Of a stretch of 64,000 nt of DNA, positions 32,995 to 41,476 are shown piece by piece. The translations under genes were made by a program, and so were the position numbers. Below the pieces are notes generated by a model. The model was given only the letters and a program-made list of their open reading frames with translations, did not search any database and was not told where the DNA came from. Position 1 is the first letter of the stretch; each line of letters begins with the position of its first letter. Source of the stretch: Dehalococcoidia bacterium (GTDB lineage: Bacteria > Chloroflexota > Dehalococcoidia > UBA2979); contig OZ219868.1 of assembly GCA_964291495.2 (NCBI GenBank), forward strand, positions 1 to 64,000, read 5' to 3'.

Positions 32995-34050
32995 CTACGC
33001 GGCCTCGTCGCCCGTCCGCTCATCGGCCTCGATCAGCGTCGCCGACGCCTCCGATCCGAGGAAGGCGAGCAGCACGAGCGCCGCGACCATCGCAACCGGC
33101 AAGCCGAAGGAGACGTCGGCCAGCGCGAGGGTGCCCGCCTCGGTGAAGTCGACGAGGTTCACGAGCGCAAGCAGCCCGCCGAGGGCGGCCGCGGTGAAGA
33201 CCCAGAGGTGCCCGAGCCGCGCGCTGATCTCGCGCCGGTGTAGCAGCCATGCGCCCACGGTGGCGGCGAGACCGGCGACGAGCACCACCTGGCCGGCGGC
33301 CGAGGTGATCCCGAGGTCGCCGGAGCGCCACGGCAGGAAGGCGGAGACGGCAAGCGCCACTCCGGCGACGACGGCGGCAGAGCCGAGGCGCAGCGCAGTC
33401 GGGGCGCTCTCGCCGCGCAGCGCCTGCTCCGGGCCGAACTCGAAGGCGCGCACCGCCAGCCAGCCGGCCGGGACGAGCGAGGCGGCGAGCAGCAGCTTCG
33501 CGAGGTCGCCGGGGATGAACGGCGTCAGGCCCCACTGCATGACGAGCCCCGCGCTCGCCTCGATGCCGAGCGTGGCCTCGTTGACGTACATCCAGTTCGC
33601 GAGCCAGGGCAGGCCGAAGACGTAGATGATCACGTTGCCCACCAACATCGCGAGGGCGAGCGTGACGGGGCGGCGATCCCAGCCAAGGCGGGCGAGGAAG
33701 CCGACGGCGAAGGCGGCGAAGGGGTAGGACAGCAGGTAGCCGCCGGACGAGCCGGTGATCACGCCCCAGCCGTGCGCGCCGCTCGCGTAGACGGGCAGAT
33801 TCGCGATGCCCTCGAGGACGTAGAGCGTGGCGGCCATGGTGCCGAGCCGGGGCCCGAGCACCGCGCCGAGCAGCAGCACGGCGAAGGTCTGGCCGGTGAT
33901 CGGGACGGGCCCGATCGGCAGGTGAATCGTCACCTGCGCGCAGAGCGCGAGCAGCGCAGAGCCCGCGACGATCAGTACGACGTCGCGTACCAGTGTCTCG
34001 CGTGGCAGCAGCGCGTCGAGGCGCGTCCTGCGGAAAGGCGTGGTGTGCAT
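32995..34050 (-). CDS. bioY: BioY family biotin transporter with C-terminal membrane extension
   Basis: PVPITGQT.AVLL.G..LG, G.P.Y, GGYL, PFIPGDL.K. Confidence 0.82.
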   Translation of the reverse strand: MHTTPFRRTRLDALLPRETLVRDVVLIVAGSALLALCAQVTIHLPIGPVPITGQTFAVLLLGAVLGPRLGTMAATLYVLEGIANLPVYASGAHGWGVITGSSGGYLLSYPFAAFAVGFLARLGWDRRPVTLALAMLVGNVIIYVFGLPWLANWMYVNEATLGIEASAGLVMQWGLTPFIPGDLAKLLLAASLVPAGWLAVRAFEFGPEQALRGESAPTALRLGSAAVVAGVALAVSAFLPWRSGDLGITSAAGQVVLVAGLAATVGAWLLHRREISARLGHLWVFTAAALGGLLALVNLVDFTEAGTLALADVSFGLPVAMVAALVLLAFLGSEASATLIEADERTGDEAA

Positions 34051-34154
34051 GGTGTCTCCCGGCCCGGTGCGGCAGCCCTGCGCCGCCGCGCGCGCATGGT
34101 ACCGGAGCGTGCGCGCTGCGCGCGACGGGAGCGTGGGCCGCTACCCTGCGTGCC

Positions 34155-34694
34155 ATGCCGTCCCTTCCGAAGATCGCTCGAGCCGCCCTCGTAACGTGCG
34201 CCCTCGTGGCGCTGGCGGGCGCCTGCACCTCCGAGAGGACGTGCAGCGAGGCGCCACTGTCACCCGAGGCCGCCGAAGCGCTCGACGCGATCCAGCGCGG
34301 GGTCGACTTCGCGCTCGCGCGCCCGTGCGCCTTCGAGTCCGGCCTCGAGGTGACGGGCGTCTCGGAGGACTCGCTTTCGGACCAAGACGTGCGCCACCCC
34401 CGAGTCAACTTCGTCGTGGGCCGCGACGGGAGACACGCCTTCACCCTGAGTCAGACGAGGGCGGTCGTTTCGTTCAGGGCGATTCCGACCGGGAGCCACT
34501 GGCTTCGCGTCTCGGCGGGGGGAGTCACTGCCGAAGGCTTCGCCGGGCCGACGGGCGCGGGCGTGGACCTCGCCTACCTGCGCTGGCGCAAAGACGGCGT
34601 CACGTTCGAGCTCCAGGCGACGCTGGGCCCGCGGCTGACGGAGGACGGCGTCGAGGAGATTGCGGCTGCCCTCATGGAGAGCGGCTCTCAGTAG
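34155..34694 (+). CDS. Hypothetical lipoprotein
   Basis: LAGAC lipobox; C-terminal L.W..DGV.F.L motif. Confidence 0.7.
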   Translation: MPSLPKIARAALVTCALVALAGACTSERTCSEAPLSPEAAEALDAIQRGVDFALARPCAFESGLEVTGVSEDSLSDQDVRHPRVNFVVGRDGRHAFTLSQTRAVVSFRAIPTGSHWLRVSAGGVTAEGFAGPTGAGVDLAYLRWRKDGVTFELQATLGPRLTEDGVEEIAAALMESGSQ

Positions 34695-35113
34695 AGGCCG
34701 GCCTCCTGCTGTTGGGCCCGGACGTACGCGATGATCGCCTCGACCTGCTGGTCGCTCAGGCCCTCGATCTTCGGCATGTTGCCGAACGGCCAGTGGTGGG
34801 CGATCACGCCCCGCTGCACTGCGAGCCGGAACGCGGCGTCGGAGTGATGGTTCGGGTGGTAGAGCCGGTCGATGAACGGCGGGCCTTGCGCGGTGCCCTG
34901 CAGATCGACGCCGTGGCAGACGGCGCAGGTCTGCCGGAAGAGCGTCTCGCCGTCGAGGATCGGGACCGCCGTCGGCGTCGGTGAGGCTGCCGGGGGCGGG
35001 GCGGGTGGATCGTCCGCCTCGCCCTCGCACGCGGCGGCGAGGGCAAGCGACGCGGCGAGCGCCGCCAGGCCGAGCGAGGCGCTGCTTGCCAGCTTCCGGA
35101 GTGACGTTCGCAT
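34688..35113 (-). CDS. Monoheme cytochrome c lipoprotein
   Basis: LAAAC lipobox, CAVCHG, GPP, HHW.FG.MP. Confidence 0.9.
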   Translation of the reverse strand: MRTSLRKLASSASLGLAALAASLALAAACEGEADDPPAPPPAASPTPTAVPILDGETLFRQTCAVCHGVDLQGTAQGPPFIDRLYHPNHHSDAAFRLAVQRGVIAHHWPFGNMPKIEGLSDQQVEAIIAYVRAQQQEAGLY

Positions 35114-35165
35114 GCAGTCATTGTCCCACGCGTCGCCGTTCGCGGGCTGGTATCGTCGCGCCGAG

Positions 35166-35251
35166 GCCGGGGTGGCGGAACTGGCAGACGCAGCGGGCTT
35201 AAAACCCGCGGCCTTCGGGCTTTGAGGGTTCGACTCCCTCCCCCGGCACCA
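35166..35251 (+). tRNA. tRNA-Leu(UAA)
   Basis: GCCGGGG acceptor stem, TGGCAGAC D-loop, anticodon loop CTTAAAA, long variable arm, GGTTCGACTCC T-arm, CCA end. Confidence 0.95.
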
Positions 35252-35278
35252 CCAACGCTCACGAGGGGAGGCCCCACG

Positions 35279-36178
35279 ATGGCGGAGACAATCGGCTTCA
35301 TCGGGCTCGGGAACATCGGCTCGCCGATGGCGCGCAACGTGCTCGGCGCGGGCTTCCGCCTCGTCGCCTACGACATCCAGCCCAACGCCCTCGCGCGCCT
35401 TGGCGAGGCAGGCGCGCAGCCGGCGGACTCGCCGCGCGCGGTCGCGAGTGCAGCGCGGACGATCTGCCTCTCGCTCCCGACCTCGAACGAGGTCGAGGCG
35501 GTGTGCTTCGGGCCTGACGGCATCGTCGAGGGCGCCTCGGACGGCACGATCATCGTCGACCTCACGAGCGGCAACCCGCCGCAGACGGCCGCGATCGGCG
35601 AGCGCCTGCGCGAATCCGGCATCGAGCTCGTCGACGCCGGGGTGAGCGGCGGCGTGCCCGGCGCCGAGGCGGGCACGCTCGGCATCATGTGCGGCGGCTC
35701 GATCGAGGCGTACGAGGCGTGCCTGCCGGTCCTCGAGGCGATCGGGGCGCAGATCTTCCACCTCGGCGAGCCGGGCGCGGGGCACCTGACGAAGGCGCTC
35801 AACAACTTCTGCTCGGCGGCCAACTACCTCGCGCTGTCGGAGGCGATGACGGTGGCCACGAAGGCCGGCCTCGACCCGCTCAAGGTGCTGGGCGCGATCA
35901 ACGCCAGCTCCGGGCGCAGCTGGACGAGCGAGAATCGTTTCCCCCGCTTCGTCCTCGCGGGCGACTTCTCCTCGCGCGGCGGGATGGCGACCGAGCTGAT
36001 GGTGAAGGACCTGGCGAACGCCGTGGCCGGCGGCAAGGAGCACGGCGTGCCGATGCCCGTCGCCGGCCTGATCTCGCAGCTCTTCCTGCTCTCGCAGGCG
36101 CTGCACGGCGAGCAGGCTCCGAACCAGGTCGCCGTGCGCATGTACGAGGGCTGGGCGCAGGCGGAGAGCCGCACCTGA
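35279..36178 (+). CDS. 3-hydroxyisobutyrate dehydrogenase / beta-hydroxyacid dehydrogenase family
   Basis: GFIGLGNIG.PMA, DAGVSGG, KALNN, KDL. Confidence 0.9.
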   Translation: MAETIGFIGLGNIGSPMARNVLGAGFRLVAYDIQPNALARLGEAGAQPADSPRAVASAARTICLSLPTSNEVEAVCFGPDGIVEGASDGTIIVDLTSGNPPQTAAIGERLRESGIELVDAGVSGGVPGAEAGTLGIMCGGSIEAYEACLPVLEAIGAQIFHLGEPGAGHLTKALNNFCSAANYLALSEAMTVATKAGLDPLKVLGAINASSGRSWTSENRFPRFVLAGDFSSRGGMATELMVKDLANAVAGGKEHGVPMPVAGLISQLFLLSQALHGEQAPNQVAVRMYEGWAQAESRT

Positions 36179-36188
36179 GGCGGGGCGC

Positions 36189-37679
36189 TCAGGCGCCCTC
36201 GGATGGCGCTGCGGCGGCGGCCGCGCGCCCGGCCCAGCGACCGAAGAAGGTGCAGTCGCCCAGCGAGAGACCGCTGCTGTAGCCGCGCCCCTGCAGGCCC
36301 GCTGTGGCGCGCCCCGCGGCGTAGAGCCCGCCGATCGGCGAGCCGTCCTCGCGCAGCACCTCGCCCGTCAGCGCCGTCCTGAGCCCGCCGATCGGGAAGC
36401 CCGACCAGACCGACGCCGTGATCGAGAAGTCGAGCGCGGCGAACGGCGGGCTGTCGAGCGGCTCGAGCCACTCGCGCGCCTTGTGGAACTCCGGATCCTC
36501 GCCGCGCGCGGCGTGCTCGTTGTACGAGGCCATCGTGCGCTGGAGGTTGCCGCCGGGCATGCCCAGCTCGCGCTCGAGCTCCTCGTACGTCTCGCCGATG
36601 GCGACGATCTCGGCCTGCGCGAGCACGGGGCGGCGGTAGGTCTCGTCGTCCACGATCATCAGCACCTCGCCGCCGTGGTCGTAGAGGGCCGTCGGGCCGA
36701 GCTGGTCGCGGTACTGATCCTCGTTCACGAAGCGGCGCCCCTCGCGATCGACGAGCACGCCCTTGACGAGCCGCCGCGGCGGGCTCGTCGTCAGGTTCAC
36801 CATGCCCCACTCCATGCGATCGAGGGCGGCCCCCAGGCCGAGGCCGAGACGGATCGCGATGCCGTCACTGGCGTCGGTGCCGAGCCGGTTGCGCAGCTGC
36901 AGCAGCTCCGGCGCGTACTGCCGCAGCAACGCCTCGTTCATCACAAAGCCGCCCGTGGCGAGGACCAAGCCTCGCCGCGACTGCACGAGCCGCGTGTCGC
37001 CTTCGATGCGCGCTTGGAGGCCAACGACGCGAGGCGCCTCGGGCGGCCCGTCCGTCACGAGGCGCTCCACGCGAGCGCCGGTCTCGATTCGCACGCCTGC
37101 AGCCACGGCAGCGGCGCTCAGGGCCTCCATCAGCACCAGCCCGCCGCCTTCGCCGGGGTGCTGCGGGTGGTGGCCGCGAGGCGCGGAGTTCGCGAGGGCG
37201 CTGAACGGGTGGGCGAGCTCGCTACCGGTGTAGGAGAGGCCGTGCTCCGAGCCCCAGGGGTAGGTGCCGCGCTCGGGCGGCAGGAACTCGGGCTTGAACG
37301 GCACGCCGCGGGCGACCAGCCACTCGTAGAGCTCGACGCTGCCCTCGCAGTAGGCGCGCAGCCACTCGTCGTCCGGTCCCGGCTGCACCGAGGCGCGCAG
37401 GTAGCGGTACATCTCCTCGGGCGTGTCGTCGAAGCCGCAGGCGCGCTGCAGCGCCGTCCCTCCCCCGAGGTAGAGCGAGCCGCCGGAGAGCGCGCTCGTC
37501 CCGCCGCCGGCGAACTCACGCTCCAGCACCAGCACGTCCGCCCCGGCCTCGGCAGCCTCGATCGCCGCGGAGGCCCCCGCCGCGCCGAGCCCGACGACGA
37601 CCACGTCGGCGTCGAGATCCCAGCGGGGAACCCCGCCGGCCGCGAGGGGCGCAATCGCTCCGGACTCGTCGCTGCTCAC
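36189..37679 (-). CDS. FAD-dependent oxidoreductase (3-ketosteroid dehydrogenase / FAD_binding_2 family)
   Basis: VVVGLGAAG, GG.SALSGG..YLGGGT..Q, LATGGF, GLYAAG, YSSG.SL. Confidence 0.8.
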   Translation of the reverse strand: MSSDESGAIAPLAAGGVPRWDLDADVVVVGLGAAGASAAIEAAEAGADVLVLEREFAGGGTSALSGGSLYLGGGTALQRACGFDDTPEEMYRYLRASVQPGPDDEWLRAYCEGSVELYEWLVARGVPFKPEFLPPERGTYPWGSEHGLSYTGSELAHPFSALANSAPRGHHPQHPGEGGGLVLMEALSAAAVAAGVRIETGARVERLVTDGPPEAPRVVGLQARIEGDTRLVQSRRGLVLATGGFVMNEALLRQYAPELLQLRNRLGTDASDGIAIRLGLGLGAALDRMEWGMVNLTTSPPRRLVKGVLVDREGRRFVNEDQYRDQLGPTALYDHGGEVLMIVDDETYRRPVLAQAEIVAIGETYEELERELGMPGGNLQRTMASYNEHAARGEDPEFHKAREWLEPLDSPPFAALDFSITASVWSGFPIGGLRTALTGEVLREDGSPIGGLYAAGRATAGLQGRGYSSGLSLGDCTFFGRWAGRAAAAAAPSEGA

Positions 37680-37764
37680 TCGCTACCCCTGCTGGCGCCG
37701 TGCTCGCTGCTGTGTTCCGGGTAGAGTAGCCGCGACGGAGCGAGGAACGGGAGGAGACAGCACG

Positions 37765-38238
37765 ATGGGTGAATCGAACGCGCCGCTCAACCGCGTGATG
37801 ACGCAGGTCGCCTTCGTCGTCCCGGACATCGAGGCGGCGGTCGCGACCTACTCGGAACTGCTCGGCATGGACCCGGCCGAGATCTACACGCCGCCACTGC
37901 GCGAGGCGCGTGAGTACCGGGGCAAACCACTCCCGCCCGAGGTCAATCTGCGGGTCGCGATGATCGAGCTGGACAACATCACCCTCGAGCTGATCGAGCC
38001 GATCGGCGGGCCGAGCGTCTGGAAGGACGTCCTCGACGAGCAGGGCGGCGGCCCGGTCTTCCACCACCTCGCGTTCGAGGTCGGTGACGCCGGCGCCTCG
38101 GCTGAGCAGCTCGGCGAACGCGGCTACGAAGCGGCGCACTCGCAGATCCGCGCCAACGGTGGCCGGATGTTCTACGTCGACGCACGCGAGGAGCTGGGCA
38201 CGCTCTTCGAGCTGCTCGGCAGCGGGCCCGGGGAGTAG
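37765..38238 (+). CDS. VOC family protein (methylmalonyl-CoA epimerase/glyoxalase-like)
   Basis: Q.AFVV.DIEAA, LELIEP..GPS, HHLAF, FEL. Confidence 0.85.
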   Translation: MGESNAPLNRVMTQVAFVVPDIEAAVATYSELLGMDPAEIYTPPLREAREYRGKPLPPEVNLRVAMIELDNITLELIEPIGGPSVWKDVLDEQGGGPVFHHLAFEVGDAGASAEQLGERGYEAAHSQIRANGGRMFYVDAREELGTLFELLGSGPGE

Positions 38239-38246
38239 GAGCGCCG

Positions 38247-39095
38247 GTGACGCAGTCCGCGGAGGAGCCGGGACGCCTCGCCGGCCGCGTCGCGGTCGTC
38301 ACCGGCGCCGCGCGCGGCATCGGCTACCAGATCGCCGCGCGGCTCGGCCGCGAGGGGATGCGCGTGGTCATCGCCGATATCGACGGCGAGAAGCTCGCAC
38401 AGGCAGAGCGCGACCTGCACGCGGAGGGCGTCGAGGCGGTCGCTGTCCCCGTCGACGTGAGCGACTTCGCCGACATCGACCGCCTGCCGCGCGTCGCGCT
38501 CTCGGCCTTCGGCAGGATCGACGTGGTCTGCCTCAACGCCGGGGTGAACGCCGCGCACATCCCGACATGGGAGATCGGCCTCGAGGACTGGGACTGGATC
38601 ATCGGGCCGAACGTCTGGGGCGTACTCAACGGCATCCAGGTCTTCGTGCCGCGCATGCTCGCGCTGGAGCGTGCGGGTGCCGAGGGCGGCCACATCGTGA
38701 TCACCGCCTCGAACGGGGCGCTGGCCACACGGGCCGGGAGCGGACCCTACCCGGTCACGAAGCGCCTCGTGCTCTCCGCCGCCCAGTCGCTCTACCACGA
38801 CCTGAGGGCGGCAGGGTCCGAGCTGCGCGCCTCGGTGCTGCTGCCCGGCGCGATCCGCACGCACGAGGCGATGGCGCGGCGCGGCGAGCCGCGCGCCACG
38901 AGGACGGAGGACCAGCAGGACGCGGAGGAGCGGCGCATGCCCCCGGAGGAGGTCGCCGAGATCGTGCTCGGCGCAATCCTCGAACCGCGCTTCTACATCC
39001 TCACCCACCCCGAGCGCTCCCACGCCCTCGTCCGCGCCCGCACCGACTACATCCTCGAGGACCGCGACCCCGACTTCGGCGACCTCACGCCGTAG
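38247..39095 (+). CDS. Short-chain dehydrogenase/reductase
   Basis: TGAARGIG, NAGV, Y...K catalytic motif. Confidence 0.9.
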   Translation: MTQSAEEPGRLAGRVAVVTGAARGIGYQIAARLGREGMRVVIADIDGEKLAQAERDLHAEGVEAVAVPVDVSDFADIDRLPRVALSAFGRIDVVCLNAGVNAAHIPTWEIGLEDWDWIIGPNVWGVLNGIQVFVPRMLALERAGAEGGHIVITASNGALATRAGSGPYPVTKRLVLSAAQSLYHDLRAAGSELRASVLLPGAIRTHEAMARRGEPRATRTEDQQDAEERRMPPEEVAEIVLGAILEPRFYILTHPERSHALVRARTDYILEDRDPDFGDLTP

Positions 39096-39153
39096 CAGCT
39101 CCGGCGCGGCCGAGTTCCCTGCCCGCACGCCTCGCGCATGCGAACATGGAAGC

Positions 39154-40416
39154 ATGAGCGAGACGCCTCCGGCGGTGACGATCGAGGACGTGTACGCGGC
39201 GCGCGAGCGCATCGTGGGGGCGGTGCGCGCGACGCCGCTCTGGCCGATCGGATCGCTGTCCGCGATTGCGGGCGTGCCGGTGCTGCTCAAGTGCGAGCAG
39301 CTCCAGCGCGGCGGCTCCTTCAAGTTCCGCGGCGCCTCGAACATGCTCGCGTCCCTCGAGGAGCGGCCGGAAGGCGTGGTCGCGGCCAGCGCCGGCAACC
39401 ACGCGCAGGGCGTCGCGCTTGCGGCTACGGAGCGCGGCATCCCCTCGACCGTCGTGATGCCGGCCAACGCACCCCTCGCCAAGCAGGCCGCGACGCGCGC
39501 CTACGGCGCGGAGGTGGTGCTGCTCGACGGCGGGCTCGAGGCCTGCATCGCGCGCGCCCGCGAGCTGGCGGCCGAGTTCGGCCTGCTCTTCGTGCCGCCC
39601 TTCGACAACCCGGCCGTCGTCGCCGGGCAGGGCACGCTCGGCCTCGAGGTGCTCGAGCAGGCGCCCGAGGCGGAGACGGTGCTCGTGCCGGCAGGCGGCG
39701 GCGGGCTGCTCGCCGGGGTCGCACTCGCGATCAAGTCGCTCAAGCCCGAGGTGCGCGTGGTCGGCGTGCAGGCACAGGCGATGCCCGGCATCGCCGCCTC
39801 GCTCGGCTCGGGCTCGCCGCTCGCGGTCCCGCTCGTGCAGACGCTCGCCGACGGCGCGGCCGTCGCCGGGCCCTCGGACCTGACGTTCGAGCTGATCCGG
39901 CGCTACGTCGACGACGTGGTCACGGTCGCCGAGCCGGACATCGAGCACGCGATGGTGCTGTTGATCGAGCGCGCCAAGTTCGTGGTCGAGGGCGCGGGGG
40001 CGCTCGGCGTCGCGGCGCTGCTCGCGGACGCCGTCGAGCTGCGCGGACCGGTCGCGGTGGTGCTGTCCGGGGGGAACGTCGACATCAACCTGCTCGGGCG
40101 CATCGTCGAGCGCGGCCTGACGGGCGCGGGGCGGCGTCGCCTCGTGACGTTCGCCGCCGCGCACGCGCCGGGCGAGCTGGCGCGCATCAGCGCGATCATC
40201 GCCGGCTCGCGGGCCAACGTGATCCAGGTCGAGCACCGGTTGACCGGCGACAACCAGCCGATCGGCGTCGTGCTGATCACCTTCCACCTCGATGTCGCGG
40301 GCGACGAGGGCTTCGAGGAGCTGAGCGCCGCGCTGCAGGAGGCCGGGATGCGCCCCGGCACTCCCGGCGGCGGTGTCGACTTCGTGACACCGAACGCGCA
40401 GGCGCTGCCCTGGTAA
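39154..40416 (+). CDS. ilvA: Threonine ammonia-lyase with C-terminal ACT domain
   Basis: KCEQLQRGGSFKFRGA, SAGNHAQG, PFD, GGGGL, SGGN. Confidence 0.85.
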   Translation: MSETPPAVTIEDVYAARERIVGAVRATPLWPIGSLSAIAGVPVLLKCEQLQRGGSFKFRGASNMLASLEERPEGVVAASAGNHAQGVALAATERGIPSTVVMPANAPLAKQAATRAYGAEVVLLDGGLEACIARARELAAEFGLLFVPPFDNPAVVAGQGTLGLEVLEQAPEAETVLVPAGGGGLLAGVALAIKSLKPEVRVVGVQAQAMPGIAASLGSGSPLAVPLVQTLADGAAVAGPSDLTFELIRRYVDDVVTVAEPDIEHAMVLLIERAKFVVEGAGALGVAALLADAVELRGPVAVVLSGGNVDINLLGRIVERGLTGAGRRRLVTFAAAHAPGELARISAIIAGSRANVIQVEHRLTGDNQPIGVVLITFHLDVAGDEGFEELSAALQEAGMRPGTPGGGVDFVTPNAQALPW

Positions 40417-40425
40417 GAGGCTGCC

Positions 40426-41463
40426 TCAGCCCAGCGTGATCTCGTCGATCTCCGCCAGCTCGGCGGCGTCGAGCCGCCAGTCCGAGGCCGCGATGTTCTG
40501 GTCGATCTGCGCCGGCCGGCTCGCGCCCGCGATGATGCTGCCGATGTGCGGCTGCGAGGCGAGCCAGCCGATCGCGAGGTCGACAAGCGCGCGCCCTCGC
40601 TCGCCGGCGAACGCCTCGAGGCGCTCCAGCCGCTCCCAGGCGTCCTCGGAGACGAAGCGGCTGGGCAGGTGCGGCGACATCTCGAAGCGCGTGCCTTCGG
40701 GCGCGGTTTCGCCGCGGCGGTACTTGCCGGTGAGGAAGCCGCTGGCGAGCGGGAAGTAGGGCAGTACGCTCACGCCCGCCGCGTTGCAGGCCGGCACGAG
40801 GTCCGCCTCGATGCGGCGGTCGAGCATGTGGTACTCGGCCTGCGTCGAGATGAACGGCGTGAGCTGCGCCGCCTCGGCGATGCCGGCCGCCTCGGCGAGT
40901 CGCCAACCCTCGAAGTTCGAGCAGCCGACGTAGCGCACCTTACCGTCGCGCACGAGGTCGTCGAGGGCGCGCAGCGTCTCATCGAGGGGCGTCGTCGGGT
41001 CGGGCCCGTGCAACTGGTAGAGATCGATGTAGTCCGTGCCCAGCCGCCGCAGCGAGCCTTCGAGGGCGTGGACGATGTGCCGCCGGGAGGCGCCCTGGCG
41101 CAGCAGCCGCGGCGCGACGCTCGCGCCCTCGCCGGCGTCGTGCCCGGCGCGCTCGAGGACGCTCGCACGGTAGAGCGCGGCGCCCTCGCCGGTCGGGCGC
41201 GAGAACTTGGTGGCGATGACCGCCTCGTGGCGGCGGCCGCGCAGCACCTCGCCGAGGTACTCCTCGGAGCGCCCCGGCGGTCCCTCGCCGCCCGCGGGCG
41301 AGGGGTAGACGTCCGAGGTGTCGAAGAGGTTCACGCCGGCGTCGAGCGCGTGCGTGATCACCTCGCGCGAGTGTTCGAGGTCCCAGCGTCCGCCGAAGTC
41401 GTTGCAGCCCAGACCGACGATCGAGACCTTGAGGCCGGAGCGGCCGAGCCTGCGGTGCTCCAT
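40426..41463 (-). CDS. Aldo/keto reductase
   Basis: LGRSGLKVS..GLG, FDT.D.Y, SLRRLGTDYIDLYQLH, GKVRY.GCSN, PL.SG.LTGKY. Confidence 0.93.
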   Translation of the reverse strand: MEHRRLGRSGLKVSIVGLGCNDFGGRWDLEHSREVITHALDAGVNLFDTSDVYPSPAGGEGPPGRSEEYLGEVLRGRRHEAVIATKFSRPTGEGAALYRASVLERAGHDAGEGASVAPRLLRQGASRRHIVHALEGSLRRLGTDYIDLYQLHGPDPTTPLDETLRALDDLVRDGKVRYVGCSNFEGWRLAEAAGIAEAAQLTPFISTQAEYHMLDRRIEADLVPACNAAGVSVLPYFPLASGFLTGKYRRGETAPEGTRFEMSPHLPSRFVSEDAWERLERLEAFAGERGRALVDLAIGWLASQPHIGSIIAGASRPAQIDQNIAASDWRLDAAELAEIDEITLG

Positions 41464-41476
41464 CGCGGCTCCGCGC

